Shown here: piece after piece, positions 26,401-34,715 of the stretch
Layout of the letters: the number at the start of each line of letters is the position of its first letter
Position numbering within the stretch: position 1 is the first letter of the stretch
Notes under the pieces: generated by a model
What the model saw: only the letters and a program-made list of their open reading frames with translations
Told to the model about the DNA's origin: nothing
Databases searched by the model: none
Virus record (IMG/VR): IMGVR_UViG_2724679563_000003
Coordinates: 124,001 to 159,222 of that record
Origin: an uncultured virus (IMG/VR IMGVR_UViG_2724679563_000003)
Lineage: Duplodnaviria > Heunggongvirae > Uroviricota > Caudoviricetes
Length of the DNA: 35,222 nucleotides
Strand: one strand, 5' to 3'
Program-made: the position numbers and the translations under genes

Positions 26401-26619
26401 TTATTTAAAGTGATTTATTGCTTTTCTATACAATAAACATTTTTCATATTTTTCATCATTATCCAATGTACATTCTTGACAAATTTCATTATCATCAAAT
26501 CCCATAAATTTATAATGCGTTTTTGAATCTCCTATAAAATTAATTGGATGATATTCCGCTATAAAAGTTATATTTATCTTATTTTCTATACACTTTTCAG
26601 TTATTTGTACTATTTTCAT
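26401..26619 (-). CDS. Hypothetical protein
   Basis: 72 aa, AGGGG SD. Confidence 0.65.
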   Translation of the reverse strand: MKIVQITEKCIENKINITFIAEYHPINFIGDSKTHYKFMGFDDNEICQECTLDNDEKYEKCLLYRKAINHFK

Positions 26620-26640
26620 ATCCCTATCCCCTTCTTTTAT

Positions 26641-26955
26641 CTAAATAAAATCTAAAACATCTTCTTTATTAAAAACATAATAATTTAAATCTTCTTCATT
26701 TATGCACCATTCCCTATCATCTGTAGTAGCATTTATATCAATATCTGTCATACTTCTAGTTAAATAGATTTTATCTTTATCACTATTACCTTCATATTGC
26801 TCTTTTAATTTTCCTTTAATTCTTTCTATATTCTCATCTACTTTTATAATATAATTTTCATCATTTCCTATATTTTTCAATATAATATCTGCTCCATAAC
26901 CTTTATTTTGTGTCTTTATATCCAACAATCTACATTTGATAAAATTAGGCTTCAT
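26641..26955 (-). CDS. Hypothetical protein
   Basis: 104 aa, AAGGAG SD. Confidence 0.7.
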   Translation of the reverse strand: MKPNFIKCRLLDIKTQNKGYGADIILKNIGNDENYIIKVDENIERIKGKLKEQYEGNSDKDKIYLTRSMTDIDINATTDDREWCINEEDLNYYVFNKEDVLDFI

Positions 26956-27061
26956 TTTGTTTCTCCTTTAAATTTACATTATTAATTATTTTCCAAAAAT
27001 CTATTATTTTCATCCTTATTATACCATATAATTATTTATAATCATGCAAAAAACAAACACT

Positions 27062-27205
27062 TTAATTATAATTTCTTTCAATTTTACTATGTTCTTTTTC
27101 TAATAATTTCTTGAGTTTTTCTGTTTCGCCTTGTTCTATTAAATCTAAAGATTCACTAATAACAACTTCTAATTCGATTTCCCTTTCTGACACATCATAT
27201 CTCAT
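27062..27205 (-). CDS. Small acidic helical protein (47 aa)
   Basis: Not in track; GAGGT SD; MRYDVSEREIELEVVISESLDLIEQGETEKLKKLLEKE. Confidence 0.6.
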   Translation of the reverse strand: MRYDVSEREIELEVVISESLDLIEQGETEKLKKLLEKEHSKIERNYN

Positions 27206-27246
27206 GATTATTACCTCTCTTCTTATTATTTTCAAATTGTTTTATA

Positions 27247-27600
27247 TTATGCTACTAACAATTCATCACCAGATTTACTTAATCCTAATTTTTTATAAGT
27301 TTCCAACAAATTATCTACTGACTTCCTTGGTGCTGTTGACTTATGCGTTTTAAAATTATCCCAAAATAAAACTTCTATCATTTTTGTATCTTCATTTACT
27401 ACCATAACAAATCCACCAAACCTACAAGTGAACTTATTCTTAAATATTCTTTTTCTTTCTACTGCATTTATAACTAGAGCTGTTAGTTTTCTTCTAATTA
27501 TTTCTGATGAAGCATTTCTTCCTTGTTTAGCTTGTTCTTTATAAGTTTTATAAGCTTCTTTTGAGATTGAGTATATTTCTATTCCATTTATAATATCCAT
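27247..27600 (-). CDS. Hypothetical protein, first gene of a strong promoter unit
   Basis: 117 aa, GGGGG SD. Confidence 0.75.
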   Translation of the reverse strand: MDIINGIEIYSISKEAYKTYKEQAKQGRNASSEIIRRKLTALVINAVERKRIFKNKFTCRFGGFVMVVNEDTKMIEVLFWDNFKTHKSTAPRKSVDNLLETYKKLGLSKSGDELLVA

Positions 27601-27641
27601 TTTTATCCCCCTAAATTTTCTTTGTTTTCCTTATATTACTT

Positions 27642-27670
27642 ATTATATATATACAATTATATATTGTCAA
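27642..27670 (-). promoter_or_regulatory. Consensus sigma-A promoter
   Basis: TTGACA (27665-70), 17 bp, TATAAT (27642-47); operator box at 27681-91. Confidence 0.85.
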
Positions 27671-27840
27671 TATATTTATTAAATTATTTTATATTGATAT
27701 AAAATTTCTCATTTATTATAATTATCATTACATCTAAAATGTAAACCAATGATAATTTAATATATCTTATAGTTATAATCCTTAAATGTTTTTAAATTCA
27801 TTAAACAGTTTGAAAACCTTAAACAATAAGCTTTTAATAA

Positions 27841-27909
27841 AAAATTAGTACTAGATTACATTGCTTGTATCAAACCAATTCGTTAACAATGTAATCTAAT
27901 ACTAATTTT
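27841..27909. repeat. 23-bp inverted repeat built from iteron cores at the 3' end of rep
   Basis: aaaattagtactagattacattg (27841-63) / caatgtaatctaatactaatttt (27887-909), 1 mismatch. Confidence 0.8.
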
Positions 27910-29092
27910 ATCCTATAAATTCCTTTACATCATAATTTTCTGATTTTAATCCATCTATTGTAAATTTTAAAACATCTCTAATATCGTTTTTATTCTCTAT
28001 TTTATAATCCACATACCTCAGCAAAGCTTTTACATATTCTTGATTATCCAATCTATAATATTTAGTCCATTCTTTTAGTGTTAATCCTATTTCTTGTAAT
28101 CTATTGATAATTTCTTTTTCATCATTGTATTTATCTAAAAATCTATTTTTGTTTCTTTTATTAATATTAAAAATTAAATTTATACCGTCATTAGTTCTTA
28201 TATCATAATCTTGAATAAATTTCACAGTTGTCAATTCATCTAGGGCATCTTTTATTATTCTGTTATAATAATAAGCTTTTTTCTTATCTATCTCTTCATT
28301 ATTTTCATTTTTGGCAACATCTAAAGACAACATATCATAAAGTTTTATATATGTTAAATATTTTTCATATCCTCTGCTCCATTGATTTAATAATAAATAT
28401 AATTTTTTAGCCACACCTTTGGTTAACATTAAATATTGATTATAATTGTAAATTTTAAAATAATTATTGCATATGTTCTTAAAGAAAAAATCACTAATAG
28501 TTACGCTTTGCATACTTTTTACTTGTTTAGCATCACCTATTTTTTCTCCCTTTTTCTTTCTTTTAGTATAAGAAAAAGATTTATAATCTTCTAATATTCT
28601 AAAACTATCTTCTCCTTCAAAGTCATATATATAGTCACCTGCTTCAACGTCTCTTAATCCTAAGTCACTATATATAGTTGCTTCATTTAAACATTTTACT
28701 GAATTTTCTAGTTTCTTTTTTAAAGCTCCACCATAAGTTTTATACCCTAATTCCTTAGATAATTCTTGATAAGTAAAATGAATTGTCTTAGGTAAGGATA
28801 CTTTTCCTGTAGTTCTATTGTATTCATATTTAAATCCTACGTTTTTTATTAATATTCTAAAAAGGGCTAACAAAACGTCTAATTCAGCTATTGTTGGACA
28901 TCCATGCTCTCCAGAACCAACTACTTTTATACCTCTCCTAACACCATTACTAATCCAATATCTTTCTAATACTTTTACTTTAGTTTTTTTCATCGAAATA
29001 AAAGGTATTACCATCAAATTAGATTCATTTATGCTTTGATTGGATTTCAAACTTATAGTCTCCACTTCTTGTTCTTCTTCTTTTTTATCCAC
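27908..29092 (-). CDS. repA: Plasmid-type replication initiator protein (RepA/RPA-like winged helix)
   Basis: NESNLMVIPF...G.PT..ELDVLLAL...IHFTYQELSKELGY...GG..K.L..S...L; adjacent iterons and DnaA boxes; start moved to GTG 29092 behind AAGGAG. Confidence 0.8.
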   Translation of the reverse strand: MDKKEEEQEVETISLKSNQSINESNLMVIPFISMKKTKVKVLERYWISNGVRRGIKVVGSGEHGCPTIAELDVLLALFRILIKNVGFKYEYNRTTGKVSLPKTIHFTYQELSKELGYKTYGGALKKKLENSVKCLNEATIYSDLGLRDVEAGDYIYDFEGEDSFRILEDYKSFSYTKRKKKGEKIGDAKQVKSMQSVTISDFFFKNICNNYFKIYNYNQYLMLTKGVAKKLYLLLNQWSRGYEKYLTYIKLYDMLSLDVAKNENNEEIDKKKAYYYNRIIKDALDELTTVKFIQDYDIRTNDGINLIFNINKRNKNRFLDKYNDEKEIINRLQEIGLTLKEWTKYYRLDNQEYVKALLRYVDYKIENKNDIRDVLKFTIDGLKSENYDVKEFIG

Positions 29093-29300
29093 AAGTAACA
29101 ACTCCTTAAAAATCAACATTTAAACTTAATTATCAACAGATTTTGTTTATATTTTATCCACAAATTTAAAAACAATGTATTTTAATGATAATTACAATGT
29201 AATCTAATGATAATATATCATACATTTACAATGTAATCTAGTGATAATTTTTCTTTTTACAATGTAATCTAGTGATAATACAATGTAATCTAATGATAAT
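29085..29300. other. Iteron-type replication origin
   Basis: DnaA boxes TTATCCACA at 29085-93 and 29154-62, TTATCAACA at 29130-38; five 21-bp iterons ACAATGTAATCTA(A/G)TGATAAT starting 29172 (degenerate), 29194, 29228, 29259, 29280. Confidence 0.85.
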
Positions 29301-29396
29301 TTTTCTTTCTTATCTATTGATATAACTTGATTTTCAAAAAGTTGTTACATACATAGAACCTTGTTTATTTATTACATAGTATATGTATATAGAGAC

Positions 29397-29437
29397 AGGT
29401 ATAGAAACAGCAATTATTTTTCTCTATTCCTATACCT
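29397..29437. terminator. Imperfect hairpin downstream of the ligase gene
   Basis: aggtatagaaacag...ctattcctatacct arms, between the ligase stop and the origin. Confidence 0.4.
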
Positions 29438-29471
29438 ATATTAATCTATGATATTAATTTATAAAATATTA

Positions 29472-30758
29472 CTAAAAATAACTTGGTTCTATTTTATCAT
29501 TTCTAATACATTTGTAAACTGGGAATCTTAAAGAAATACCTCCATTTTGATTTTTAGTTTCTTCAAAATATTGTACTTCTATTATTTTTTCTATAAAAGC
29601 ATCTTTATTTTCCCAAAACATTTTTCTATCTTCATCTGTATATCCTGAACCAACTTTTACATTATGTCCTTTATAATCTATTATAAAAGCTCCCAAAACC
29701 CCTTCATTTCTTCCTGTACCTTCTTCATAACCTATTATTTTACAATCTGATGAATTCATAATTTTTACTTTCAACAAATCTTTTGTCCTTTTACACTGAT
29801 ATTTACTATCTACCAAATTAATCATAATACCTTCTTCGCCATTTTGTACAGCTATATTTAATAATTCATCTATTTTATTTATATCTTCTCCAACATATAG
29901 CATAGGTACTTCTTTAACCCAGTTCGTTTCTAAGCTCTCTAAGATGTCGTGTAATTGATTTTTTCTTGTTAAAGTATCATTTATAGACACACCTTGTTTA
30001 AATTCGTCTAAAGGCATCATATCGAATATATTAAATATTAAATTAGTTTTCTTAATATCTTTTTTTCTTATAATCTTTTGAGTTTCTTGAAAAAGTTGTT
30101 TACTATCTAAGTTCTTATCATTTTTCAGCAAAATTTCACCATCATATACCATATTATCTTGCAATTGTTTAGCATCTTCTATAATATCAATTAAACCTTC
30201 TATTAGTTGTCCTTGCCTTGAAAATGTTTTTATAGCTCCATTCTCTTTCACTAAAACCATTCTATTTCCATCTAACTTTGTAGTTATTATAAATTTTCCT
30301 TTTACTCTATTTATATTTTCATGATATTTTTCAGCTAACATAACATTAAATTCTGGAATAAAATTCTTATGTATTTTATTTATTGTTTTTGATGTAATTC
30401 CTATTTTTAAAGACTTAGTTACTAATTGTTTTAAAATATCTTGATATTGTAAATCTTGATTATTGATCCAATTTTGAATTACTTTTATATGTTCATCTGT
30501 TCCTGTATTATTTGTTTTTAAAAAATCCATGACATCTATTATTGTATTCAGTTTATTATCTACTTCTAATTTTACTTTTTTATTTAATTTTTTAGTGCTT
30601 ATACCTGTAACTATATAAGGATTATATAAAAAGAAAAGTATGTCTTTTAATAATTGATTGTCTTTGTTTTCTTTTAATATAGTTTCTTTCGCTATTCTAC
30701 TTGAATCATTACCTATGCTTTTTAATATTTCTAAACATTCTTTCAAATTATTTTTCAT
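29472..30758 (-). CDS. ATP-dependent DNA ligase (phage type)
   Basis: Motif I TKLDGNR, FSRQG, YDGE, FNIFD, EGIM, KRT..LLKVK, OB domain VGSGY...SLRFP. Confidence 0.93.
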   Translation of the reverse strand: MKNNLKECLEILKSIGNDSSRIAKETILKENKDNQLLKDILFFLYNPYIVTGISTKKLNKKVKLEVDNKLNTIIDVMDFLKTNNTGTDEHIKVIQNWINNQDLQYQDILKQLVTKSLKIGITSKTINKIHKNFIPEFNVMLAEKYHENINRVKGKFIITTKLDGNRMVLVKENGAIKTFSRQGQLIEGLIDIIEDAKQLQDNMVYDGEILLKNDKNLDSKQLFQETQKIIRKKDIKKTNLIFNIFDMMPLDEFKQGVSINDTLTRKNQLHDILESLETNWVKEVPMLYVGEDINKIDELLNIAVQNGEEGIMINLVDSKYQCKRTKDLLKVKIMNSSDCKIIGYEEGTGRNEGVLGAFIIDYKGHNVKVGSGYTDEDRKMFWENKDAFIEKIIEVQYFEETKNQNGGISLRFPVYKCIRNDKIEPSYF

Positions 30759-30902
30759 ATAAAACCATCCTTTTATTTATATTTTTTTAAATTATTTTAA
30801 TTTGACAATCAAAGCATATTTGAAAAACAAATTATGCTTCAACTATCAAATTGTTTTTATTTACATTTATGGAATATTATTTATTTAACAAATTATAGCT
30901 AA

Positions 30903-31184
30903 TTAATCCCAGTTTTCAATTATTATTTCTTTATTTTCTGTTTCGCTTTCTGTAAAAATACTTATATTACTTATGTCTTCTTCTATATTAACTATATTTT
31001 CCATTTTAATTATGTACTTGTCCATTTCTAAAAATTCATTTTTCCCCAATATCTCTATTCTTTTCAAATTCGTATTGTGTTTATAGCACATATCTTCTAA
31101 AAATTTTTCATCTCCTCCAATTTCAGATATGGTTATTCCATATCCTTTATTTCCTTTTAAATAATTCATTAATTTTACTTCCAT
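30903..31184 (-). CDS. Hypothetical protein
   Basis: Start moved to ATG 31184 behind GGAGG SD. Confidence 0.65.
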   Translation of the reverse strand: MEVKLMNYLKGNKGYGITISEIGGDEKFLEDMCYKHNTNLKRIEILGKNEFLEMDKYIIKMENIVNIEEDISNISIFTESETENKEIIIENWD

Positions 31185-31236
31185 GTAAAAAACCTCCAAT
31201 AAATCCTTTTATTTATTTAAATTGTTCTATTTTATC

Positions 31237-31248
31237 GAACAAGTGTTT
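31237..31248. promoter_or_regulatory. Candidate LexA (SOS) box
   Basis: GAAC-AAGT-GTTT, matching the Firmicutes GAAC-N4-GTTY pattern, downstream of an extended -10 (TG-n-TATAAT, 31266-74). Confidence 0.5.
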
Positions 31249-31484
31249 AGTTTTAATATAGCTTTATTATAACACAAGCTAAATCTAGTAACAATTATTT
31301 TTAAGTATGTTTTTTTAACATATTTTTTATAAAATATGTTAATGAACAAAAATATTTTAACAATATTTTAATGATATTATAATAAAAATTTAACATTATA
31401 TTTTTTAACAAATTTATTTACTTTTTTTTAAATTATTTTGTATAAGTATATAAAAAATAAATATTTTGTCGAATTTAGTATAAA

Positions 31485-31530
31485 AGTTTCCAATTAGTTC
31501 TAAGATAATACATAGAACCAATTGGAGACT
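31485..31530 (-). terminator. Intrinsic terminator after the repressor-like gene
   Basis: 18-bp arms agtttccaattagttcta / tagaaccaattggagact followed by U-rich sequence on the minus strand. Confidence 0.6.
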
Positions 31531-31572
31531 AATACATTTTATATTTCTATTACATAAAATATACTTTAGTTA

Positions 31573-32649
31573 TTAAAAACTTATAATATCATTTTTAAAT
31601 AAATTATATAAATTTTCATAGATATCGTAAAGACGATATCCTGCTTGCAACTTTAGCTTTTCATTTTGCTCAATATATTTAACAAAATCTACTTTTTTTA
31701 ATTTTTGTCCAGCATATTTTTCCTCTGTAAGCTTCACCATTCTATTGACGATGCCTGAATGATATAAGCTTTGAACAGTTATATGTTGTCCATTTATATC
31801 TAAAAAATGCTTAAATATTTTTAATATTCTTGATTGAATTGTTTGACCATAAACTTGTTGTCCGCTATAGTTATTCATTCTAGCATTTAATTGAGCTGTA
31901 GGTGCTATTAAATAAGGAGATTCAACTATATCCGTCATGTCATGTCTTCCAGTACCCTTACCATTTTTAAAATAGTAAGTGTCAGATAATATTGTTTTTT
32001 CAATCTCATCTGAAAGAAATTCATTGCATCTTAATTGTTTAGTTTTTCCTGTATCTTGTTCTATATATTCTAATATTTTATTTTCTTTATCATACTGTTC
32101 TTTTTTAATATTAATCAAATCGGCATGATTAGTGCCTTTTACTCCTTCGTAAATTAACAATGCCATAAGTCTATCTTGTGGGTTTACCAAGTCTTGTACT
32201 GCTTCATACAAAGTTCCTTCAGTGACATACTTTAAATACTTCAGTCTTTTATTTACTAAGCCTTGTATAAATTCTTTTTGAGATATTGTATTTAACAATC
32301 CAATATCCTTTTGGATACCATAATGCTCTGTGCAAAATTTTAAATAGTCTAATATTCGGTTCTTGTATGCTATCGCTGAACTTTCTGAACTAAAAGTCAT
32401 ATTTTCTAATAATTTAGAGATTTCATCAAGTGTAAAGTATTCTATTGTCCTATCTCTATCTATTGTTTCTTCAAACGCTCTTATTTTATAAACCTGATTT
32501 GTATAATTGTCAACGGTTATATCTTGTAAATCTTGTTCATTTTTTAAAAAATTTATATACTCTTTCTTTCTTTCATCTAGCTCTCTAAAATATAATTTAT
32601 TGAGACTAGTGAAATCCCTAATTTTTTCTGACATTTTCGTTCTCACCAC
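31573..32649 (-). CDS. SPbeta YopR/MrpR (SroF)-like master repressor, degenerate tyrosine-recombinase fold
   Basis: NPQDRLMALLIYEGVKG..HADLINIK, TYYFKNG, ITVQSLYHSG..N recall YopR; canonical catalytic R and HxxR replaced. Start may be ATG 32634. Confidence 0.75.
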   Translation of the reverse strand: MVRTKMSEKIRDFTSLNKLYFRELDERKKEYINFLKNEQDLQDITVDNYTNQVYKIRAFEETIDRDRTIEYFTLDEISKLLENMTFSSESSAIAYKNRILDYLKFCTEHYGIQKDIGLLNTISQKEFIQGLVNKRLKYLKYVTEGTLYEAVQDLVNPQDRLMALLIYEGVKGTNHADLINIKKEQYDKENKILEYIEQDTGKTKQLRCNEFLSDEIEKTILSDTYYFKNGKGTGRHDMTDIVESPYLIAPTAQLNARMNNYSGQQVYGQTIQSRILKIFKHFLDINGQHITVQSLYHSGIVNRMVKLTEEKYAGQKLKKVDFVKYIEQNEKLKLQAGYRLYDIYENLYNLFKNDIISF

Positions 32650-34087
32650 TTTCTTCTACTTCGCTCAATATATTTTCTAAATACTCTTCTAGTTTTTTTA
32701 TATTTGTTTTACTCATTTCATTTTTAAAGAGATGCATATCTTCTAATGCACCACCTTTTTTATAATCTATTTTTTTCAAAATTGTGTCTATCTTCTCTAT
32801 CCAATTAGGATCATTAAATAATTTAGCAGCTATATATAAATAACCTCTAAACATATTCATATTTAATTCGTAGCCTTCTTCTTCTGATTTTTTTTCTTTT
32901 AATTTTTTATTCTTCAACATATCTTCTATTGAAAGTTCACGATCCCTTCTTTTATCCTTATGAAAACTTAAAACACAATTGAAAAAATCTTTTAAAAACC
33001 TTTTAACTTTATTTTTTCTTATTAAATCCAGTTCATCAAGCTCAAAATGTTTTAAACCTTCTGCAAAAACATATAGAGGAGTTAGTTTATTTAATGTTTT
33101 TACATCTTTCAATTCTCTCCCTAACTTTCCTGCCAATGGACTTTCTCCTTTATTCATATAATCAGCTATTTCATTTTCTATAGTCTTCTCCATAGCTTTA
33201 GTTAGAGTTTCATCAAGAGGATTTTTCTTGCTTTCTTGGAAAATATATTGTCTAGCTGAACTAGGGTCTAAGTTCATAATTTGAATTCCCATATTTAAAA
33301 AGAATTCTTTACCTTTTCTACGACACATATTTCTAGCTAAACTTCCCCCTGTTGTTCTATGATTTCCATCTATTAAGTTTAGACTAGTATTCTTATTTAT
33401 TTTTATTATAATATCGTATAAACCGTTTTCCTTATCTATTACATGAAAATCTTCTTCTCCATTTGAAGGAACATTTATAGCTATATAAGTAGGTATATAT
33501 TTATCCTGATACATACTTTCAGATATTTCTTTTATGGATTTAGAAAAAACTTTAGCTTTTTCTACATAAGTTCCTCTCCATTCATATTTTTCTGTTTCTC
33601 TTTGACAATTTATGTTATAAAACAGAATGCCTTTCTCTCTTAGGTCTAAAATATAATTAAAGTCATCAACGGTACTATAGATGCCTTCTTTCATAAACTT
33701 AACATTTTTAAAAACTACTGTTTTAAAATCTTGTTCTTCTTCTACAGGTAATACTGAGTTCTTATATTGTCTTATTTCATCTTCTGTAAAATAAAGTTCT
33801 GGATTTAGATCTTTTTGTAATTGTTGTTGGAATTCATTTAATTTAGAAATGAATTCTTCATCTAATAACATTTTGTAAAAGGTTTCTGTTATTAGATAAA
33901 GTTCTCTAGTATCAAGCATATCAATTTGTATATCTTGATTAAAGAGATTATTAATTCTTTCTTCGTTTACTTTTTTCTCTAATTCTTTAATCACAAAAGG
34001 TTTTTTCATTAAAAATTGTTTTAGACTTAGACAGCCTGTTATTTCTCTTATCAATCTATCGTAATTGTAATCTTTGTTTTCTATCAT
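32618..34087 (-). CDS. SPbeta YopQ (SroE)-like DGQHR/DndB-fold protein
   Basis: YNINCQRE, SIKEISESM....YIPTYIAIN, LIDGNHR, ARQYIFQE; overlaps the MrpR-like gene as yopQ-yopR are paired. Confidence 0.7.
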   Translation of the reverse strand: MIENKDYNYDRLIREITGCLSLKQFLMKKPFVIKELEKKVNEERINNLFNQDIQIDMLDTRELYLITETFYKMLLDEEFISKLNEFQQQLQKDLNPELYFTEDEIRQYKNSVLPVEEEQDFKTVVFKNVKFMKEGIYSTVDDFNYILDLREKGILFYNINCQRETEKYEWRGTYVEKAKVFSKSIKEISESMYQDKYIPTYIAINVPSNGEEDFHVIDKENGLYDIIIKINKNTSLNLIDGNHRTTGGSLARNMCRRKGKEFFLNMGIQIMNLDPSSARQYIFQESKKNPLDETLTKAMEKTIENEIADYMNKGESPLAGKLGRELKDVKTLNKLTPLYVFAEGLKHFELDELDLIRKNKVKRFLKDFFNCVLSFHKDKRRDRELSIEDMLKNKKLKEKKSEEEGYELNMNMFRGYLYIAAKLFNDPNWIEKIDTILKKIDYKKGGALEDMHLFKNEMSKTNIKKLEEYLENILSEVEESGENENVRKN

Positions 34088-34123
34088 ATTTTATAAATAC
34101 CTCCCTTTTTTAAACACTTCTAT

Positions 34124-34153
34124 ATTATAACACTAATATACAACAATTTGCAA
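34124..34153 (-). promoter_or_regulatory. Sigma-A promoter of the YopQ/YopR-like pair
   Basis: TTGCAA (34148-53), 18 bp, TG-n-TATAAT (34124-29). Confidence 0.65.
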
Positions 34154-34216
34154 TAACATTATTATTTTTTACCTAAAACATAGAAAAAATTAGAAAATAT
34201 AGGTAAATGCATGTAT

Positions 34217-34669
34217 TTATGCTGATTTATTGGAAAAATCTATCCCTAATTTGGTTTTATCATGCTCCGCTATATGTCTTAGAGCAGAAAAATAATTATA
34301 GAATATCCCTTGTTTATGAAATTTACCTTTTGCATCCTTATTCCTTTTATTTATATGTTGTAATATAAGCAAATTATTTTTAGACGGTTCTATGAACCAT
34401 TCATCTAATATAGATGATACTTTTAAAGTATCATTTGCCCATTGTATTGTTAAATTATATTTACTTATATAATTGTCAATTTGATGCTTTAACAATTTTC
34501 TATTTATTTCAAGTTCATTTTCTGTTGTAATTAGATTTTCTATTGGTATTCTATATCTATTCTTCCCTTTTTCTACTAGAATAAACTCTTTTTTAAATTT
34601 ATTTAAATTTGTTTTTATATATCCTGTTTTTATTTGATTTTCATGTATAAATCTAATTTTATTTTTCAT
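34217..34669 (-). CDS. Hypothetical basic protein
   Basis: 150 aa, GGGAG SD. Confidence 0.7.
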   Translation of the reverse strand: MKNKIRFIHENQIKTGYIKTNLNKFKKEFILVEKGKNRYRIPIENLITTENELEINRKLLKHQIDNYISKYNLTIQWANDTLKVSSILDEWFIEPSKNNLLILQHINKRNKDAKGKFHKQGIFYNYFSALRHIAEHDKTKLGIDFSNKSA

Positions 34670-34715
34670 TTACAATACAACTCCCTTTTAATTTATTTTA
34701 TTTTATAACTAATAT

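Larger units (their letters stand above)
3261..31216. repeat. Dispersed 18-bp quasi-palindromic site ATAAA-N8-TTTAW at gene boundaries, 16 copies
   Basis: 3261-3278, 6312-6329, 8118-8135, 9038-9055, 10858-10875, 13305-13322, 14416-14433, 16640-16657, 17406-17423 (reverse), 20223-20240, 22294-22311, 23966-23983, 25202-25219, 26167-26184, 27699-27716, 31199-31216. Confidence 0.65.
3005..31440 (-). promoter_or_regulatory. Dispersed co-oriented operator-like box AAATTRTTTTA (TAAAAYAATTT on coding strand), 18 exact intergenic copies
   Basis: Copies start at 3005, 3878, 5022, 6288, 9020, 10249, 12260, 13321, 15724, 16068, 16861, 17388, 17484, 19141, 20143, 27234, 27681, 30789; one-mismatch copies at 4945, 30848, 31430. 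Confidence 0.7.

Noticed and set aside
29172..29300. Direct repeats as a CRISPR array
   Set aside because: Gaps are only 0-13 bp, no cas genes, and adjacent Rep and DnaA boxes identify them as iterons.
31573..32649. Active phage integrase
   Set aside because: Catalytic Arg and HxxR motifs are replaced; matches the MrpR-type repressor pattern.
1767..33161. All plus-strand ORFs in the track
   Set aside because: They overlap well-supported minus-strand genes, lack clear SDs and show the F/I/L/S-rich composition of antisense shadows.
32618..34087. Dnd phosphorothioation system
   Set aside because: Only a DndB-like fold; no dndC/D/E, and context matches YopQ.
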